In this document: positions 48,618-59,773 of the stretch, piece after piece
Numbering within the stretch: the stretch's first letter is position 1
How the letters are laid out: every line of letters begins with the position of its first letter
IMG/VR virus record: IMGVR_UViG_3300027793_000052
Location: 62,001-126,000 of that record
Reading direction: 5' to 3' (one strand)
Length of the DNA stretch: 64,000 bases
Position numbers and translations under genes: made by a program
The notes under the pieces: generated by a model
Database searches by the model: none
The model's input: the letters and a program-made list of their open reading frames with translations, nothing else
What the model was told of the DNA's origin: nothing

Positions 48618-49027
48618 TTTATTTTTCATTGGTTTTTATAATATTAGCATCTATTTGTAATGCGGTTATGGATAAATCTACCCACCATTACCATACTTCA
48701 ATTTTTAAAAAATTTAATAATGAGATGTGGTGGAATGGTGAAATATCTTGGAAAAATAAATATGTTGATGGTGACTATTCTAAAGGTAGGGTTAAATGGT
48801 TTTTTGGTTTAAACAAACCTGTACAATTAACAGACGCTTTTCATTTTTTCAAAATGTGGATGGTTATATTTATCTGTTTAAGTATTATAACATTCGATAA
48901 ATGTTTGGTTTTTGTGGACTGTAGTTATCGTTGGTACAGTTTTTTAATAGTATTGGGTGTGTACGGTACTTTATGGAATACAACATTTTCTTTATTTTAC
49001 AATAAAATATTGGATCAATCCAAATAA
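48614..49027 (+). CDS. membrane protein
   Basis: SWKNKY, LTDAFHFFK; hydrophobic segments. Confidence 0.65.
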   Translation: MIYFSLVFIILASICNAVMDKSTHHYHTSIFKKFNNEMWWNGEISWKNKYVDGDYSKGRVKWFFGLNKPVQLTDAFHFFKMWMVIFICLSIITFDKCLVFVDCSYRWYSFLIVLGVYGTLWNTTFSLFYNKILDQSK

Positions 49028-49608
49028 TTATCGATATTATCTCTAATTTTCTTTAAATCCTTTAAGTAATCAACATTAGCTGGGTGATCCACATCATAGT
49101 AGTTCATCTCCTTCAAGAAGTTTAGATACTCTTGTTCAGTTTTTAACTTACTCAGACCAACAAAGGATTGGTACATAGCGTAATCTATCACAGCATCCTT
49201 CCATGTATTATAATAAGCATGATTAAACTGTGAACCGTTTTGTTTGTTAGGTCTTTTGGACGCCTCTTTCATACCAAAAGGGTTATGGTTAAGTTTAAAA
49301 ATATGTGATTTTAAACCACTTTCTTTTATCGCTTGAGCGAATACCAATTCAGGAAATCTAATATTAACTTCTTTTAAGTAATCATAAAATTTTCTTTTTG
49401 TAAAAGAAGAATTTTCGGTTTCATTATAAATCATAATAATATCTTTTTCCATTATTTCTGATTTAATGCCTTTATTAAAACCGTAATTATACACTAAAAT
49501 GGTAAAAGTTGTAATTAAAATTGTTAGAAAAAATATAATTTTAATACTTAAATTCCTACTCAAAACTGAATAAGAAAGAGATTTTTTATCCCAAAAATAA
49601 ACTTTCAT
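49015..49608 (-). CDS. membrane-anchored glucosaminidase-like (GH73) peptidoglycan hydrolase
   Basis: AQAIKESG, NHNPFGMK, YNTWKDAVIDY; N-terminal TM. Confidence 0.7.
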   Translation of the reverse strand: MKVYFWDKKSLSYSVLSRNLSIKIIFFLTILITTFTILVYNYGFNKGIKSEIMEKDIIMIYNETENSSFTKRKFYDYLKEVNIRFPELVFAQAIKESGLKSHIFKLNHNPFGMKEASKRPNKQNGSQFNHAYYNTWKDAVIDYAMYQSFVGLSKLKTEQEYLNFLKEMNYYDVDHPANVDYLKDLKKIRDNIDNYLD

Positions 49609-49650
49609 ATTATTAATAATTTATATAAAAATAAACATTTTATTTTAAAT

Positions 49651-49677
49651 AAAAAACCCCTCGATAAGAGGGGTTTT
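49651..49677 (-). terminator. intrinsic terminator
   Basis: AAAAAACCCCTC-GATAA-GAGGGGTTTT. Confidence 0.8.
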
Positions 49678-49680
49678 AAA

Positions 49681-52203
49681 TTACTCACTTTTATCTTCTT
49701 TCTTTTTAGAAGATTTAGGTTTTTTAATTGTAACCTTAATGTCTTCGATTTTGGTATCGTAAGATATTGTTACAATATCACCTAATGAGATGTCACCGTC
49801 TAAGACTTTTTCCGCGACAGGATCTTCAACGTATTTTTGAATGGCTCTGTTAAGTGGACGTGCTCCATATTTTTCGTCATAACCTTTTTCAATCAAATAC
49901 TCTTTTAAAGTATCATCTAATTTAAGAGTATAACCCATTTCTTTCACACGTTCAATTACATCATTAAGTGGGATATCGACAATTTTACCAATTTCTTCCT
50001 TACCTAAAGATTTGAAAACAATAACGTCATCAAGACGATTTAAAAATTCAGGTGAAAATGCCTTTTTAAGGGAGTCCTGAATAACATTTTCAGAATCATC
50101 ATCAATTCTATCAAGTTTAGCTTTGGTACCATACCCTACACCAGTACCAAATTCTTGTAGTTTACGAGCTCCTACGTTTGATGTCATAATGATTAAACAG
50201 TTTTTAAAATCAACCTTACGACCTAAACCATCACTTAAATGACCATCATCAAAAACTTGTAAAAGAATGTTGAAAACGTCTGGGTGTGCTTTTTCTACCT
50301 CATCCAATAAGATAACAGAAAAAGGTTTTCTTCTGATTTTTTCGGTTAATTGACCACCTTCTTCGTACCCAACATATCCTGGAGGAGCTCCAATCAGTTT
50401 AGATACTGAATGTTTTTCCATGTATTCCGACATATCAACACGAATTAAAGCGTCAGTTGAACCAAAAATACTTTGAGCCAACATTTTAGCCAAATAAGTT
50501 TTACCAACACCAGTAGGACCTAAAAACATAAAAGAACCAATTGGTTTGTTTTTGTTTTTAATACCTATTCTATTACGTTTAATAGCTTTGGTAATCTTAT
50601 CGATAGCGGAATCCTGACCAATAACTTTTTCTTTAATCTCTTTATCCATGGTACGGAGTTTTTCGGTTTCTGTTTGACCTACTTTGGTTACAGGTATACC
50701 AGTTACCATAGATACGACTTTTGCTACGTCATCTTCTGACACAACAGGTCTTGATTTATCCAAAGATTTTGACCACTCGTTAGTTGCGTTTTCTAACTCA
50801 TCTTGTAATTTCTTTTCTTCATCACGAAGTTTTGCTGCGTCTTCATAACGTTGAGCCTTCACTACATCGATTTTTTGTTGACCTATTTCGGAAATTTTTT
50901 CTTCCAAATCCATAATATTTTTTGGTGGTTTGATGTGAACTTGTAGTCTTGCACCAACCTCATCCATAATATCAATAGCTTTGTCAGGTTGTTCACGGTC
51001 ATTAATATAACGGTCAGCTAAATTAACGCAGGCTTCAATAGCTTCGGTTGTATAATTAACCTTGTGATGGTCTTCGTATTTATTCTTAATATTGTTAAGA
51101 ATAATCAAAGTTTCATCTTTTGACGGCGGTTCAACAAGTACCATTTGAAAACGTCTAGCTAAAGCTCCGTCTTTTTCTATGTTTTCACGATACTCATCAA
51201 GAGTTGTAGCCCCAATACATTGTATTTCACCCCTCGCTAAAGCTGGTTTAAGAATGTTAGAAGCGTCCAATGAACCTGAAGCGTTACCGGCTCCAACCAT
51301 AGTATGAATTTCATCTATGAATAAGATAACATCGTCAGCTTTTTCTAATTCCTGCATGATACCTTTCATTCTTTCTTCAAATTGTCCACGGTATTTAGTT
51401 CCAGCAACTAAAGACGCTAAGTCCAAACTAACCACACGTTTATCAAAAAGAATACGAGGACATTTTCTTTCAACAATCTTAAGAGCAAGTCCTTCGACTA
51501 TTGCTGTTTTACCTACACCTGGTTCCCCAATCAAAATCGGATTGTTCTTTTTACGTCTTGAAAGAATTTGTGAAACCCTTTCAATTTCATCTGCTCTACC
51601 AATAATTGGGTCTATTTGACCGTCAGAGGCTAGTTTAGTAATATCCCTACCAAAGTTATCTAAGATAGGTGTTGTTGACTTACCCTGTGAAGCTTTTTTA
51701 GCTTTCTTACCGTAGTCTTCAATTTCTTCAAAATCTCCTGTCATATTAATTATTTTTTGTTCTTTTAAATTTAATAAAGTTTCTTTAAAAGTTCTATAGG
51801 TTATACCCTGATTTCCTAAAACTTTTGTTCCATCTAATGTACGATTTTTAAGTATTGATAAAACAATGTGTTCAACATTTATTGTATCATCCTTTAATTT
51901 ATCTGATTCCAATTCAGCCGAACTTAAGGCGTGTTTGGAGGATTCACTTAAGGGAACTATTTTTACTTCTACAATATTAGGGTTTTTTATTTTAAGTCTC
52001 AAGTAGCCTTCCAATTTTTCCATTAAATCTGTTACATCTGAACCCATTTCTTTAAAAACATCAACCGCACCATTTTCTTTATCATTAAAAACTGCTAATA
52101 ATATGTGTTCAGGTTTAATTTTGTTGTCATTAAGTCTAATTGATTCCTTAAAAGCACTTTTAAGAATACCTTTTAATTTAGGTGTCATTTTTTTCATCAT
52201 CAA
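49681..52203 (-). CDS. clpC: ATP-dependent Clp protease ATPase subunit (ClpC-type)
   Basis: Clp-N repeats; GEPGVGKT; UVR motif [13 protein letters not shown]; GPTGVGKT; GARPL.RAIQ. Confidence 0.9.
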   Translation of the reverse strand: MMMKKMTPKLKGILKSAFKESIRLNDNKIKPEHILLAVFNDKENGAVDVFKEMGSDVTDLMEKLEGYLRLKIKNPNIVEVKIVPLSESSKHALSSAELESDKLKDDTINVEHIVLSILKNRTLDGTKVLGNQGITYRTFKETLLNLKEQKIINMTGDFEEIEDYGKKAKKASQGKSTTPILDNFGRDITKLASDGQIDPIIGRADEIERVSQILSRRKKNNPILIGEPGVGKTAIVEGLALKIVERKCPRILFDKRVVSLDLASLVAGTKYRGQFEERMKGIMQELEKADDVILFIDEIHTMVGAGNASGSLDASNILKPALARGEIQCIGATTLDEYRENIEKDGALARRFQMVLVEPPSKDETLIILNNIKNKYEDHHKVNYTTEAIEACVNLADRYINDREQPDKAIDIMDEVGARLQVHIKPPKNIMDLEEKISEIGQQKIDVVKAQRYEDAAKLRDEEKKLQDELENATNEWSKSLDKSRPVVSEDDVAKVVSMVTGIPVTKVGQTETEKLRTMDKEIKEKVIGQDSAIDKITKAIKRNRIGIKNKNKPIGSFMFLGPTGVGKTYLAKMLAQSIFGSTDALIRVDMSEYMEKHSVSKLIGAPPGYVGYEEGGQLTEKIRRKPFSVILLDEVEKAHPDVFNILLQVFDDGHLSDGLGRKVDFKNCLIIMTSNVGARKLQEFGTGVGYGTKAKLDRIDDDSENVIQDSLKKAFSPEFLNRLDDVIVFKSLGKEEIGKIVDIPLNDVIERVKEMGYTLKLDDTLKEYLIEKGYDEKYGARPLNRAIQKYVEDPVAEKVLDGDISLGDIVTISYDTKIEDIKVTIKKPKSSKKKEDKSE

Positions 52204-52323
52204 CCAATTTTATTTCTTGATTAATATATTTAAAAATAAATAAAAGGAAAGTTTTAGATATAAGGTCTATAAATACTGTTCTTTTTGAAAAAAATTAATT
52301 AAGTTTTATAAAAAATTAATATT

Positions 52324-52530
52324 ATGGTCTACAAAAAGGTTACTATTTGGTTTAAAACAGACCCTACGGCTAGGGAGTTTGATACATCTGTTATTGCAAA
52401 CGATTATGACAAAGTTTCTGTCACAATTTCTGGTGATTATTTAATTTTATCATTACACGGTGAAGAAAGTGTTACGACAGAGGTGCATCATTTAAGTACC
52501 ATAAAAAATTGGATTACATACATGAATTAA
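52324..52530 (+). CDS. hypothetical protein
   Basis: ORF. Confidence 0.55.
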   Translation: MVYKKVTIWFKTDPTAREFDTSVIANDYDKVSVTISGDYLILSLHGEESVTTEVHHLSTIKNWITYMN

Positions 52531-52531
52531 T

Positions 52532-52834
52532 ATGTTTATAGATAGAAAAGAAAACGAAAACGGTGTAGTTTCATGCCTATTTAAATCATCAAACATTTTG
52601 GCATCTGATTATGATAAAGATAAAAAACAGTTAGTTATTACATTTAATGCAGGACGTAGATATACGTACTCAAATGTAGACCCAAAAGATTATCATAGGT
52701 TTGAAATGGCTGAAAGTCAGGGTGAAATGTTTAGTAAACATATTAAAAAATACCCCACAGTTAAAAACCCAGATGTGGACCCATCAGAATTGTTGAACAG
52801 AGTAAATCAAATTTTAAATGAAATTAAAAAATAA
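52532..52834 (+). CDS. KTSC domain protein
   Basis: SSNI...YD....L.I.F..G..Y.Y.NV...AESQG..F...IK. Confidence 0.8.
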   Translation: MFIDRKENENGVVSCLFKSSNILASDYDKDKKQLVITFNAGRRYTYSNVDPKDYHRFEMAESQGEMFSKHIKKYPTVKNPDVDPSELLNRVNQILNEIKK

Positions 52835-53006
52835 ATATAAAGAAATTAAAACGGGTTTTATCTTTAAAGTTACGAATTTCACCACCACTTTGGATGGTAT
52901 TGTGGATACTGTACATTTGAAAAGAATAGATACTGATGATACTTTAGAGGTGGGCGAAGATAGATTTCAGAAAAACTTTATAAATGTTTATGATGAACAA
53001 AAATGA
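52818..53006 (+). CDS. small hypothetical protein
   Basis: ORF overlapping both neighbours. Confidence 0.5.
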   Translation: MKLKNKYKEIKTGFIFKVTNFTTTLDGIVDTVHLKRIDTDDTLEVGEDRFQKNFINVYDEQK

Positions 53007-54163
53007 ACGTAATGGATAAACAATACACAGACCTTTTAAAGGATATATTGGAGAATGGTGTCGAGAAAGATACTAGAAACGGTAAGGTTTTAAGTGTGTT
53101 CGGGAGAACAATACGATACAAATTTAAGGATGGAAAATTCCCACTTCTTACGACCAAAAAAATGTATTTCAAAGGAATTGTAACAGAATTGTTATGGTTC
53201 TTACGTGGTGATACAAACATCAAATACCTTGTTGATAATGATTGTCATATTTGGGATGGTGATGCGTATAAGAACTATGAGAAAGAAATTTTAAGACAAC
53301 GTGAATTACAAAAGAAAGAAGTAGAAAGATTGCGTAATTCTGGTAAGAGAGTTAAAGTATCTCTAATTGAACTACTATCAAAAGAAGAATTCATAAACAA
53401 AATAAAAACAGATGATGAGTTTGCTAAGAAGTGGGGTGAATTAGGTCCAATTTATGGTAAACAATGGAGAAGTTGGAATGGGAATGGAAGTCCATTAACA
53501 AAAGATTACGAAGGTAATATAAGTTCATATTTAGTTAAACCAATAGACCAAATCGCAAACCTAATCCGAGACCTTAAAACAAATCCAGACTCAAGACGAT
53601 TAATGGTTAATGCTTGGAATGTTGGTGAATTGGATACGATGGTTCTCCCACCATGTCATTATGGATTTCAAGTTTATACAAGAGAGTTGAGTTTAGAAGA
53701 GAGAGAATCTCTAATGGATAAAATCTACGGGTTAAATAAAGAAACAAGACAAGTACCTTGGCATATAGTTGATATTGATAAAGCTAACATTCCAACCAGA
53801 GCAATCTCTTTACTTTGGAATCAACGCAGCATCGATACTCCATTGGGTTTGCCGTTTAACATAGCATCATATGGTTTATTATTAGAAATAATTGCTAAAG
53901 AGGTTAATATGGTTCCTGATGAGTTAATTGGTAATTTAGGTGATACTCATATCTACTTAAATCAAATTGATGGTGTTAAAGAACAAATTACACGAGAAGG
54001 TTTTGAATTACCTAGATTAAAAATAAAAGGTATAAATGATAATCATATGATATATCCTAAACTAATACCAACAACTGGTGAGGAGGAATTTTATGAAATA
54101 TCTGATTTTATATTAGAAGGATATCAATCTCACCCAACAATTAAATTCCCATTATCAAATTAA
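53003..54163 (+). CDS. thyA: thymidylate synthase
   Basis: FPLLTTKK, ELLWFL.G, GPIYG.QWR, SRRL, LPPCH, QRS.D..LG.PFN, GDTHIY.N. Confidence 0.95.
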   Translation: MNVMDKQYTDLLKDILENGVEKDTRNGKVLSVFGRTIRYKFKDGKFPLLTTKKMYFKGIVTELLWFLRGDTNIKYLVDNDCHIWDGDAYKNYEKEILRQRELQKKEVERLRNSGKRVKVSLIELLSKEEFINKIKTDDEFAKKWGELGPIYGKQWRSWNGNGSPLTKDYEGNISSYLVKPIDQIANLIRDLKTNPDSRRLMVNAWNVGELDTMVLPPCHYGFQVYTRELSLEERESLMDKIYGLNKETRQVPWHIVDIDKANIPTRAISLLWNQRSIDTPLGLPFNIASYGLLLEIIAKEVNMVPDELIGNLGDTHIYLNQIDGVKEQITREGFELPRLKIKGINDNHMIYPKLIPTTGEEEFYEISDFILEGYQSHPTIKFPLSN

Positions 54164-54167
54164 AATT

Positions 54168-54470
54168 ATGTTTTCATCAGGTCATCTTTGGGTAATGATA
54201 TTAGGAATATTTACTTCCTTAACTTTCATAGTGGGCAGTGCGTATTTTGTATATCAAATGTTCGCCAAAAACACAAAAGAAATATTAGTACGTTTTATAC
54301 TTGTCGTGTTTACATCTCTTGTTGCACTTTTTATTGTGGATAAAACAATTGCGTGGAAAGTTTCACTACTGACAGTAGAACAGAGTAATCAATTATTTGA
54401 TTTAATAAGGACTTTGGTTTTAATGATATTTTCTTATTATTTTGGGACTAAGGAAGCAAAACAAGAATAG
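54168..54470 (+). CDS. membrane protein
   Basis: three TM segments, ends YYFGTK. Confidence 0.6.
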   Translation: MFSSGHLWVMILGIFTSLTFIVGSAYFVYQMFAKNTKEILVRFILVVFTSLVALFIVDKTIAWKVSLLTVEQSNQLFDLIRTLVLMIFSYYFGTKEAKQE

Positions 54471-54631
54471 TGTATGAGTAATAAAAAGAAAGTTATGGTA
54501 AGATTTCCAAATGAAATAACCCATATACAAATAGAAATAGATATGGATAAATTTATACCCGTTAATGAATTTACAGATGAAATTTTTGGTTGGTATGGTG
54601 ATGTTTATATTTCAATAAAAAAATAAAAGTT

Positions 54632-54934
54632 ATGAAAGAAGACGTAGTAGGTAGTAATTTTGTGTTAGTTAATGATACAACATTTCTTACATATTCTGCA
54701 CAAAGTGATATGTATAAAGTAAATGGTTTTCAAGCGAAATTATTAAATAAAAAATATGGTGTGGACATATATTGGCACTCACTAAAAAGAGATGGTGCTG
54801 AGTTTAATTCGTACCTAGCGTATTTTGGGTATCCACATGATAAAAACTTTTGGATGGAAGTAAAACTCAAAAAGTTTGAACTGGAATTTTTTAAAGAACT
54901 AGACTCTAATTACGGGACTGGTACGGATTATTAA
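54632..54934 (+). CDS. hypothetical protein
   Basis: ORF. Confidence 0.55.
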   Translation: MKEDVVGSNFVLVNDTTFLTYSAQSDMYKVNGFQAKLLNKKYGVDIYWHSLKRDGAEFNSYLAYFGYPHDKNFWMEVKLKKFELEFFKELDSNYGTGTDY

Positions 54935-54951
54935 AGTTAAAAATAAAAGTT

Positions 54952-55254
54952 ATGAAAAAATTATTAATTATTACAAGTGTGTTATTAACTGGATGTGTAA
55001 CACTTAAAAAGTATAATACTTCTGGATTCTCCAGTAATGGTCATTATATACTATATAATTCAGATACAGTGGCGAAGTTAAGTAATATTGAATATTCTTT
55101 GGATGGTGGTAAATTTGTTAAGGAAATGACATTTAAATTACTTGATATGAGGCATGGTCAGAATGTCGAAAACATGATTTATTACATACACCAAAAGAAA
55201 TCTGATTGGGAAATTGAAATTGATTATCCTGTTGAAAATTATAAATTTGATTAA
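54952..55254 (+). CDS. lipoprotein
   Basis: lipobox LTGC. Confidence 0.6.
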   Translation: MKKLLIITSVLLTGCVTLKKYNTSGFSSNGHYILYNSDTVAKLSNIEYSLDGGKFVKEMTFKLLDMRHGQNVENMIYYIHQKKSDWEIEIDYPVENYKFD

Positions 55255-55701
55255 ATGGAATTAATATCAACGCATATTTGTAAAGGTAAAGAAGAAGGTG
55301 TTCATGGTAACATTTTTGGTGGCGTTCTATTATCAATGATAGATGAAGGATCTGGTGCTTACGCTTCCCAAATCTGTGACACACCGAGAATGGTCACAGT
55401 AAAAATAGATGAGTTAATTTTTAAAAGAGCGGTAAAGGTTGGTAATATTATTAAATTGTACGCTAAAGTAACTGAATTTGGTAATACTTCAGTTACTTTA
55501 TATGTTGAACTTAGAAAACATAATGTATATACAGGTGAACAGGAAATTGTTTTACACACCAATATAAAGTTTGTTAGAATAGACGATGAAGGTAATCCAA
55601 TACCTATATCTGAACGTGTTAAAAAAAGATATTACGAAAGATTAAAAAAATTCGGTAAGGGATTGTTAACTACAGAAGAAAAATTGGTTGAAAATAACTA
55701 A
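55255..55701 (+). CDS. acyl-CoA thioesterase (hotdog fold)
   Basis: GVHGNIFGG.LLS.IDE, MVT..IDELIF, FGNTS. Confidence 0.8.
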   Translation: MELISTHICKGKEEGVHGNIFGGVLLSMIDEGSGAYASQICDTPRMVTVKIDELIFKRAVKVGNIIKLYAKVTEFGNTSVTLYVELRKHNVYTGEQEIVLHTNIKFVRIDDEGNPIPISERVKKRYYERLKKFGKGLLTTEEKLVENN

Positions 55702-56030
55702 ACTTCTCTATATACGTGAACATCGTAAACAGATAAACAAGGTTTGTCTTCAGCTGTCACTTCAGATTTTGTTTTATAAACAAAAATAGGTCCTTCTGTA
55801 TATGTAATATAACGAAGATTTTTAGTTTCTTCATCATGACCTAAAAACATAACCCTAACATCATCATAACCATATTCACCTAATATTTTTTTAACCAAAT
55901 ATTTTAAATCTTCACCAGTACAAGTTATCGAATCTAATCTAGATGCAATATCCTCAACGTTAAAGTCGTTAATACGAGCTTCTATTAACTTTTTTATCTG
56001 ACTTTCTTTTAAAATTATCTTTTTTGCCAT
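55698..56030 (-). CDS. leader-bearing hypothetical protein
   Basis: start re-assigned to ATG 56030, MAKKIILKESQIKKLIE. Confidence 0.65.
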   Translation of the reverse strand: MAKKIILKESQIKKLIEARINDFNVEDIASRLDSITCTGEDLKYLVKKILGEYGYDDVRVMFLGHDEETKNLRYITYTEGPIFVYKTKSEVTAEDKPCLSVYDVHVYREV

Positions 56031-56038
56031 ATATTTTA

Positions 56039-56059
56039 ATAAATATCCGGAATATTTAT
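56039..56059. promoter_or_regulatory. divergent pair of ATATTTAT (putative late) promoters
   Basis: ATAAATAT-CCGGA-ATATTTAT between divergent genes. Confidence 0.6.
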
Positions 56060-56067
56060 AATGTAGT

Positions 56068-56868
56068 ATGAAATCAAAGGTAAAAATAAAAGAAGTAAAG
56101 AAAATAACTAAAAGTGATAGAACCATCGACCTAACTGGTTTTAAGATGCAAGACCATCTTAATCCTAAAATATGGGATGATAATCAAAAATTACGTCCTG
56201 AAATTAGAAAAACTTTACTTAAAATAGCTGATGATTATTTTGAAGGTTTGGAACTTGAGGGTGTTGATATAGAAGATGTGACATTTACTGGTAGTTTAGC
56301 TAATTATAATTGGTCACAATATTCAGATGTAGATTTACATATATTAATAGATTATAAAGAAGTACCTGTAGACGAAAATTTGGTACAAGATTTTTTAAAA
56401 ACTAAAAGTACTGCTTGGAATAATAATCATGATATAAAAATATATGGTTATGACGTTGAATTATATGTTCAAGATATCACCGAAGAACATGTCTCAACAG
56501 GTGTTTATTCTATATTATACGATAAATGGTTAACACAACCAAGTAGAAAAAAAATTACTGTTGATGATATAAATGTAAAGTTAAAGGCCAATCGTATAAT
56601 GGATTCTATTGATGATTTATATGATGAAATGAAAGATGAAAAAAATTACGATACTATAGTAAAAAAAGCAGATAAAATTAAAGATAAAATAAAAAAAATG
56701 CGTCAAGCAGGATTAGATGAGGTTGGCGAGTTTTCGGTTGAGAATATGGTTTTTAAAGTTTTAAGACGTAACGGTATGTTAGAGAGATTATCTGATATTA
56801 AAACTGTTTCCTATGATAAATCTGTAACATTAGAAAATAACAGATATTTATATAAAAATAAAATTTAA
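56068..56868 (+). CDS. phage nucleotidyltransferase (pol-beta superfamily)
   Basis: TGSLANYNWS.YSDVDLH, YDVELYVQD, EFS.EN.VFK.LRR. Confidence 0.75.
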   Translation: MKSKVKIKEVKKITKSDRTIDLTGFKMQDHLNPKIWDDNQKLRPEIRKTLLKIADDYFEGLELEGVDIEDVTFTGSLANYNWSQYSDVDLHILIDYKEVPVDENLVQDFLKTKSTAWNNNHDIKIYGYDVELYVQDITEEHVSTGVYSILYDKWLTQPSRKKITVDDINVKLKANRIMDSIDDLYDEMKDEKNYDTIVKKADKIKDKIKKMRQAGLDEVGEFSVENMVFKVLRRNGMLERLSDIKTVSYDKSVTLENNRYLYKNKI

Positions 56869-56870
56869 TA

Positions 56871-57140
56871 ATGACAGGAGATATTATACACTCATTGGCT
56901 AATAGTGATTTTGATGATTACTATTATTTTGCCGTATTAATACCTAATGGTGTTGCTTGCACTATTTACGGACAATCTTTACCATCTATGGCTGCACCAA
57001 TAACAGTTAACGTTGGTATTTCACAAAAATCTAATGTAACTGGTAGTGTGTTTTTAATTGGTAGGAAAAAACCAGAAGCTATGGCAGATTTCTTGTCTAA
57101 CGATCCAGGTAATGCTGACGGAACTTATTCGATAAAATAA
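56871..57140 (+). CDS. hypothetical protein
   Basis: ORF in operon. Confidence 0.55.
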   Translation: MTGDIIHSLANSDFDDYYYFAVLIPNGVACTIYGQSLPSMAAPITVNVGISQKSNVTGSVFLIGRKKPEAMADFLSNDPGNADGTYSIK

Positions 57141-57143
57141 ACT

Positions 57144-59360
57144 ATGGGAAATATAACAAATAAACAATTAGAAAGAATGAAAGCTTTAATGGGCGGTGTT
57201 AAACCTGTTAATGAAGGTGTTAATCTTTCTTCTATCACTTTAACAAAAAAAGCACCTAACGATAAGTATTATGGTATTGTTAAAGAAATTAATAAATATT
57301 TCATTAAGGAATCAATAGACGGTGTTAACTATGACTATATCGGTGGTTTAGGTAATAAAAATAAAAACCAATTCAATTCATATGAAGAGGCCACTAGACG
57401 TTTAAATTTAATGTTTGAGGATTTTAATAGAACTTATGGTGTTGAAAAAGGTACTAATATTTTAACACCTGATTTAATCCAAGAAAAAAAGTTTGTAATT
57501 AAAACAAAAAAGAAAAAAAAATCTAAAGGTTCGGAAGAAGCGACAGGTTTTGACTTTGGCGGTGAAGAAGAAACAACTGATACAGAAACAGAAGGCGGTG
57601 AAGAATTTGACTTTGGTGGCGGAGAAGAAACAACTGATACCGATACTGAAACAGAAGGTGGTGAAGAATTTGATTTTGGTGGTGATACTGAAGGTGAAGA
57701 AGAAACAACTGACACAGAAACAGAAGGTGGTGAAGAATTTGATTTCGGGGGTGAAGAAGAAACTACTGACACTGAAACAGAAATTACTGATGATGAAACT
57801 GATGAAGATTTAGATTTAGAAAGTGATAGTGAAGATAACATTAAAGATATACAAAAATTAACTGGTAAGTTAGGTCAAAAACTTAGAGACACTGAAGATG
57901 TTTCTTCAGATTTAAGTAAATGGGTGGCTAAAAGTGTTATATCCGCATTAGATTTAGACCTTATGGATAGTGAGGATAAAAAAGATATTATTCGTGCAAT
58001 TAAGAAAAAAGGTAAAGAAGATTCCGACGCTGAATTTGATTTTATGAGTAATGATCCTGAAGATGATGAAGATGATTACGATATTTGGTATCCGGATCAA
58101 GATTTTAAAACAAGATTTTTATCGGCACATGATGAAGGTGATTATATAGAAGATGATGATGTTGAATTTGATTGGAGTAAATTAAGTGATGCAGAAAAAT
58201 CTAGATTAATGACTACTGAGGATGAAGAAATTGATTACGGTCCGGGTGGTGAAGAGGTTGAAGGTTCTGAAATTATTTTAGATGATTATATGGAAGATAG
58301 TGATGACGACTTAGTTGATTGGAATAGTTTATCCGATGAAGAAAAAACAATGGTTTTAAATCCAAAAGAAGATTATATGAGTGGTTGTACCGATTATATG
58401 AGTGGTTGTAAAGATTACATGGATGACCCTTATATGATGCCAAAAACAGCACCAACAAAACCAACAACAAAACCTGACGTTAAACCTGGTACGGACAGAC
58501 CAAGTCCTAGTAAAAAACCTTTTACTCGTCCACCACATATTCCACCAGATGAAGAATCAGCCCCTAAAGCTTTAGAAGATGAAGATTTTTACGGTATAAA
58601 CTATGACAATGATGAAACCATAGATTATATGGGAGATAATCCAAATATTATTAAACGTTCTGAAATAGATTACATGAATGATTATGTAATGAAAGAAGAT
58701 CATTTAAATACTAAAATGGCTACTATAGAACAAGAAATGGCTTATGAAGATGTTGAATCTATGGCTAGACAAAATGGTTTAGAAATATCGTGGGATAAAA
58801 AAGATAAGTCCTCAGATCCTGAAGAAGAAACTATTTATTTAAACCTTAAACGTGGTAATAAAATTGTGGGTAGTGTTAGAATTAACGCTGTTGGTGATGT
58901 TGAAGTTGGTGGGCCTATGAAAAAATCTTTTAAAGGACAACCTCTTGACAATCTTAATGATTTTTACGAATATTTGGGTGAAAAAAATATAGAAATGAGT
59001 CCAAAAACAGCACCAACAAAACCAACAACAAAACCCGATGTTAAACCTGGTACTGACAAGCCAACACCGTCAAAACGTCCTTTTACTCGTCCACCACATA
59101 TTCCACCAGATGAAGAATCAGCCCCTAAAGCAAAAACAGAAGGTTATATAGCGACTAATAAAAAAAAGATTAGTGAGGCAGTAAAAGTGACTAAAACACA
59201 ACTTTTTAAATCATTAGACAAAAAAAATCTTAGTAATGAGAAACTAAATGATTTAGATTATTTAAAAAAATTAATAGACAACGTATTAGATACAGAATTT
59301 GACTTTGTGGCTGACAATACTGAAACTTTAGCTAAGGAATACATTTCTAAAAATCAATAA
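57144..59360 (+). CDS. large acidic low-complexity protein (scaffold/core candidate)
   Basis: EFDFGG-E/T repeats, DYM micro-repeats, duplicated Pro/Thr/Lys block. Confidence 0.7.
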   Translation: MGNITNKQLERMKALMGGVKPVNEGVNLSSITLTKKAPNDKYYGIVKEINKYFIKESIDGVNYDYIGGLGNKNKNQFNSYEEATRRLNLMFEDFNRTYGVEKGTNILTPDLIQEKKFVIKTKKKKKSKGSEEATGFDFGGEEETTDTETEGGEEFDFGGGEETTDTDTETEGGEEFDFGGDTEGEEETTDTETEGGEEFDFGGEEETTDTETEITDDETDEDLDLESDSEDNIKDIQKLTGKLGQKLRDTEDVSSDLSKWVAKSVISALDLDLMDSEDKKDIIRAIKKKGKEDSDAEFDFMSNDPEDDEDDYDIWYPDQDFKTRFLSAHDEGDYIEDDDVEFDWSKLSDAEKSRLMTTEDEEIDYGPGGEEVEGSEIILDDYMEDSDDDLVDWNSLSDEEKTMVLNPKEDYMSGCTDYMSGCKDYMDDPYMMPKTAPTKPTTKPDVKPGTDRPSPSKKPFTRPPHIPPDEESAPKALEDEDFYGINYDNDETIDYMGDNPNIIKRSEIDYMNDYVMKEDHLNTKMATIEQEMAYEDVESMARQNGLEISWDKKDKSSDPEEETIYLNLKRGNKIVGSVRINAVGDVEVGGPMKKSFKGQPLDNLNDFYEYLGEKNIEMSPKTAPTKPTTKPDVKPGTDKPTPSKRPFTRPPHIPPDEESAPKAKTEGYIATNKKKISEAVKVTKTQLFKSLDKKNLSNEKLNDLDYLKKLIDNVLDTEFDFVADNTETLAKEYISKNQ

Positions 59361-59773
59361 TGAAAGAATTGTATTTAATATATATAAATAAAGTAGGTAC
59401 TAATCATAAAGGGGAACACATTTTTGAGTTCCTCTTTTCAAATTCCGTAAATTATGATTGGGATGAAAGTTGGTACGAATCCTCGGTTGTTACAGATAAG
59501 AACGATTTAACACCAGACCCAAGTTTTATTAAATTTGTTGGAAATATTAAAACATCCGACTTTGATTTAGAATTAATACAAAATTCAGGTGTATTTCAAA
59601 TATACAATGCTGTAGAAGGTATCGTGGCTTTAGGTTGGGAAAAATTAGAAGATAATGGTGATTATCCTGAAGAACGTTTAGTATTTAAATTTGGTGATAC
59701 TTTAAAATCAGTTGAAGAAAAACTATATTCATTAGATTTGGTATTCGACAAAGATAAAAAAATTAAAACATAA
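59360..59773 (+). CDS. hypothetical protein
   Basis: coupled ORF. Confidence 0.65.
   Translation: MKELYLIYINKVGTNHKGEHIFEFLFSNSVNYDWDESWYESSVVTDKNDLTPDPSFIKFVGNIKTSDFDLELIQNSGVFQIYNAVEGIVALGWEKLEDNGDYPEERLVFKFGDTLKSVEEKLYSLDLVFDKDKKIKT

Noticed and set aside
53250-53800. Intein or intron in thyA
   Set aside because: The extra segments are in-frame charged loops without Hint or intron motifs, and the catalytic motifs are intact
57547-57790. CRISPR array
   Set aside because: The repeats are in-frame coding repeats (EFDFGG..TDTETEGG) with no unique spacers, and no cas genes are present
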